Shown here piece after piece: positions 36,006 through 37,624 of a stretch of 37,624 nt of DNA. A program made the translations under genes and the position numbers. The stretch's first letter is position 1; every line of letters starts with the position of its first letter. The notes beneath the pieces are model-generated. The model did not search any database, was not told the DNA's origin, and saw only the letters and a list, made by a program, of their open reading frames with translations. Origin of the DNA: an uncultured Neomegalonema sp. (GTDB lineage: Bacteria; Pseudomonadota; Alphaproteobacteria; Rhodobacterales; Rhodobacteraceae); contig CALFWP010000122.1 in assembly GCA_937927905.1 (NCBI GenBank), forward strand, positions 1 through 37,624. Reading direction: 5' to 3'.

Positions 36006-37207
36006 AAATCAGCCAGGAATCGTGGGATTTTCTTTTTTATTTTAAAAAAACCTGCAGTTGCCGAAGGCCAGACAGCCTGATCCCAGTCCCTTTGTATTTC
36101 GACCAGCGTAATACCCGCCTCATCCAGATACGGCATAGCCCCGCCGACCCAATCGCGGGTCGGACCAACAGGGATATAGGGCGTTACGACCTGCAGAATA
36201 TTATTTGCCTGCGCCCACGTCACAAGACTGCGCGGAGTGTCCGGATCAAGTTTATCCGCCTCCGGCGCGCCAGATTTCTGCGCCCGTATAGCGGCATCAG
36301 CAAGTGAGGCGGCATCAAAGGCCCGGATAGTTTCGGCGGCATGATCCGGAGATATCTGAAGCGTCGCCGTCGCCCTGAACGCTGCGTTAAAGTCATTGCA
36401 ATGCTCCGCCGAACAATCTTCAAGCGTCAGAAGCAGGCCGGACGCTTTCGATGGATCAGCCTGTTCTGCGGACCGGACTCCCCCTGCGGGTCCGTAATCA
36501 TACGTCTCCGTCAAAGGCTCCGGGTCCTGCGCCAGCTGTGATGCATCCGGCATAAAACGCCCGTTAGTAAAACGGGCGATATTCTGTGCAACGGCGATAT
36601 AGTTTTTGCCGCGCGTATGCAGCCCCGCAACCCAGCGCCAGCTGAGCGTATTCGATGCCGGATCCCCATCCAGCAAATGCCGCAAGAAAAAATCCGCACC
36701 AAGCTGCCACGGCAGTTCAAGTGTAAAAATCCAGATCGAAGCAAACCACATCCGGGCGTGATTGTGCAGGTAATTGGTTTCCGTAAGCTCCCGCGCCCAG
36801 AAATCAAAACAATCTATACCGGTTTCACCACCTTCAGCCCGTTCCAATCGTAAGTCCCTTTTGAAACGGGTTTTTGCACCTTCAAGTCCCTGAAGGTAAT
36901 CCTTCCAGACACCGGGCCGTTGCTCAAGCCACCCTTTAAAATAGCTGCGCCAGAAAACCTCTTGAATAAACTTTTCCGAATCCGCAGCACCGTGTGTTTC
37001 CAGGGCCGCCGCAACGACTTCTTTTTCGTTGATCAGACGCCGCCTCAGATAAGGGGACAAAAGCGAAATATTCGACCTGTCGTCCGGGCCGAAATCAGTA
37101 TTACGCCGAGCCGCATAACGCCCGCCCATAAACGGCGCAAAAGCCGCATTATGCATCAGGGCAGCCTGACGCTCCGGCACCCACATTGTCTGATTTGTAC
37201 TGATCAT
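35993..37207 (-). CDS. photolyase/cryptochrome-related protein with swapped domain order (FAD-binding helical domain first, alpha/beta-like domain last)
   Basis: 404 aa. Residues about 30-215 (LLSPYLRRRLI...FIQEVFWRSYF...TGIDCFDFWARELTETNYLHNHARMWFASIWIF...LLDGDPASNTLSWRWVAG) align by eye with the C-terminal FAD_binding_7 region of E. coli PhrB. The last 150 aa or so (LLLTLEDCSAEH ... TRDWVGGAMPYLDEAGITLVEIQRDWDQAVWP...GFFKIKKKI) resemble the photolyase N-terminal alpha/beta domain. Confidence 0.8.
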   Translation of the reverse strand: MISTNQTMWVPERQAALMHNAAFAPFMGGRYAARRNTDFGPDDRSNISLLSPYLRRRLINEKEVVAAALETHGAADSEKFIQEVFWRSYFKGWLEQRPGVWKDYLQGLEGAKTRFKRDLRLERAEGGETGIDCFDFWARELTETNYLHNHARMWFASIWIFTLELPWQLGADFFLRHLLDGDPASNTLSWRWVAGLHTRGKNYIAVAQNIARFTNGRFMPDASQLAQDPEPLTETYDYGPAGGVRSAEQADPSKASGLLLTLEDCSAEHCNDFNAAFRATATLQISPDHAAETIRAFDAASLADAAIRAQKSGAPEADKLDPDTPRSLVTWAQANNILQVVTPYIPVGPTRDWVGGAMPYLDEAGITLVEIQRDWDQAVWPSATAGFFKIKKKIPRFLADFYRS

Positions 37208-37270
37208 GCATCCGAGTTAGCGCACAAACCCCGGCCTGCCATCAGAATGAAAAATTTTTACAAACTCCGC

Positions 37271-37299
37271 TTGCGACTCGCAGTCCGGGGGGGTAAAGA
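37271..37299 (+). promoter_or_regulatory. candidate sigma70 promoter of tRNA-fMet
   Basis: TTGCGA (37271-37276), a 17-nt spacer, TAAAGA (37294-37299), ending 11 nt before the tRNA 5' end. Confidence 0.4.
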
Positions 37300-37310
37300 A
37301 GCATCTCTGT

Positions 37311-37387
<77 letters not shown>

Positions 37388-37446
37388 AAAATCCTAAATA
37401 TCGACGACCGTTTCGCAGGGCTGACATCAGCCCCGCGCGGTATTCG

Positions 37447-37624
37447 TCAGTAGTCCAGCTTCCACTTCGCACTGGCCTCTGCTTCGTCGGCACCAAACTG
37501 ACCTTCAAGTTCGATATTTTCGAAAACTTCGATCTCGACGAAGGCTGATGTTCCACCGGTTTCAAGGTTTTGTTTCGCGCCGACAAAGATATCTTCAGTC
37601 AGGTACTTTCCGGTCGAAATGCTG
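37447..37624 (-). CDS. tamB: C-terminal end of a TamB-like (DUF490) translocation and assembly module protein; 5' part outside the window
   Basis: Own minus-strand translation: SISTGKYLTEDIFVGAKQNLETGGTSAFVEIEVFENIELEGQFGADEAEASAKWKLDY*. The GKYL...V...beta-strand pattern ending in W-K-x-D-Y resembles TamB C-termini. Confidence 0.55.
   Translation of the reverse strand, partial: SISTGKYLTEDIFVGAKQNLETGGTSAFVEIEVFENIELEGQFGADEAEASAKWKLDY

Overview
Chromosomal window from an alphaproteobacterium. The assignment rests on the ChvG/ChvI pair, the lpxC-bamD-recN order, GAAC-N7-GAAC SOS-type boxes and an initiator tRNA next to tamB. Most of it is ordinary housekeeping: hemH (partial), pgsA, pnp-rpsO-truB, chvIG, znuC, lpxC-bamD-recN, cobT-cobS-cobC, secA with its parvulin neighbour, folB, msrA-prmA and tRNA-fMet. 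Two accessory patches stand out. (1) 2.1-5.2 kb holds an apparently intact IS1595-family element with 25-bp terminal inverted repeats (one mismatch) and an 8-bp TTAATTTT target duplication. It is about 2.6 kb long because it carries three passenger genes of unknown function. One is a 336-aa protein whose start overlaps the transposase stop. The other two are a head-to-head pair, a 75-aa unknown and a DUF1508/YegP-like protein, whose start codons share a single CATG. The element sits beside an extremely AT-rich islet encoding a small membrane ORF. This cargo module is my best candidate for an undescribed system. (2) 16.5-19.7 kb is a visibly lower-GC patch with a Nudix gene, an orphan PglF/CapD-type dehydratase and a decayed IS5-family transposase fragment, located where ftsZ would normally precede lpxC. 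Other items worth a second look are a radical-SAM plus DUF4130-UdgX operon behind a near-consensus SOS box and abutting truB, and a photolyase/cryptochrome-like protein whose two domains appear in swapped (circularly permuted) order. There is also a perfect SOS box upstream of bamD-recN, a SecA lacking the C-terminal zinc-finger tail, and a perfect 10-7-10 palindrome upstream of an orphan Tat-signal solute-binding protein. No CRISPR array, rRNA or riboswitch was recognised. All family assignments come from motif recognition by eye; no database search was possible.
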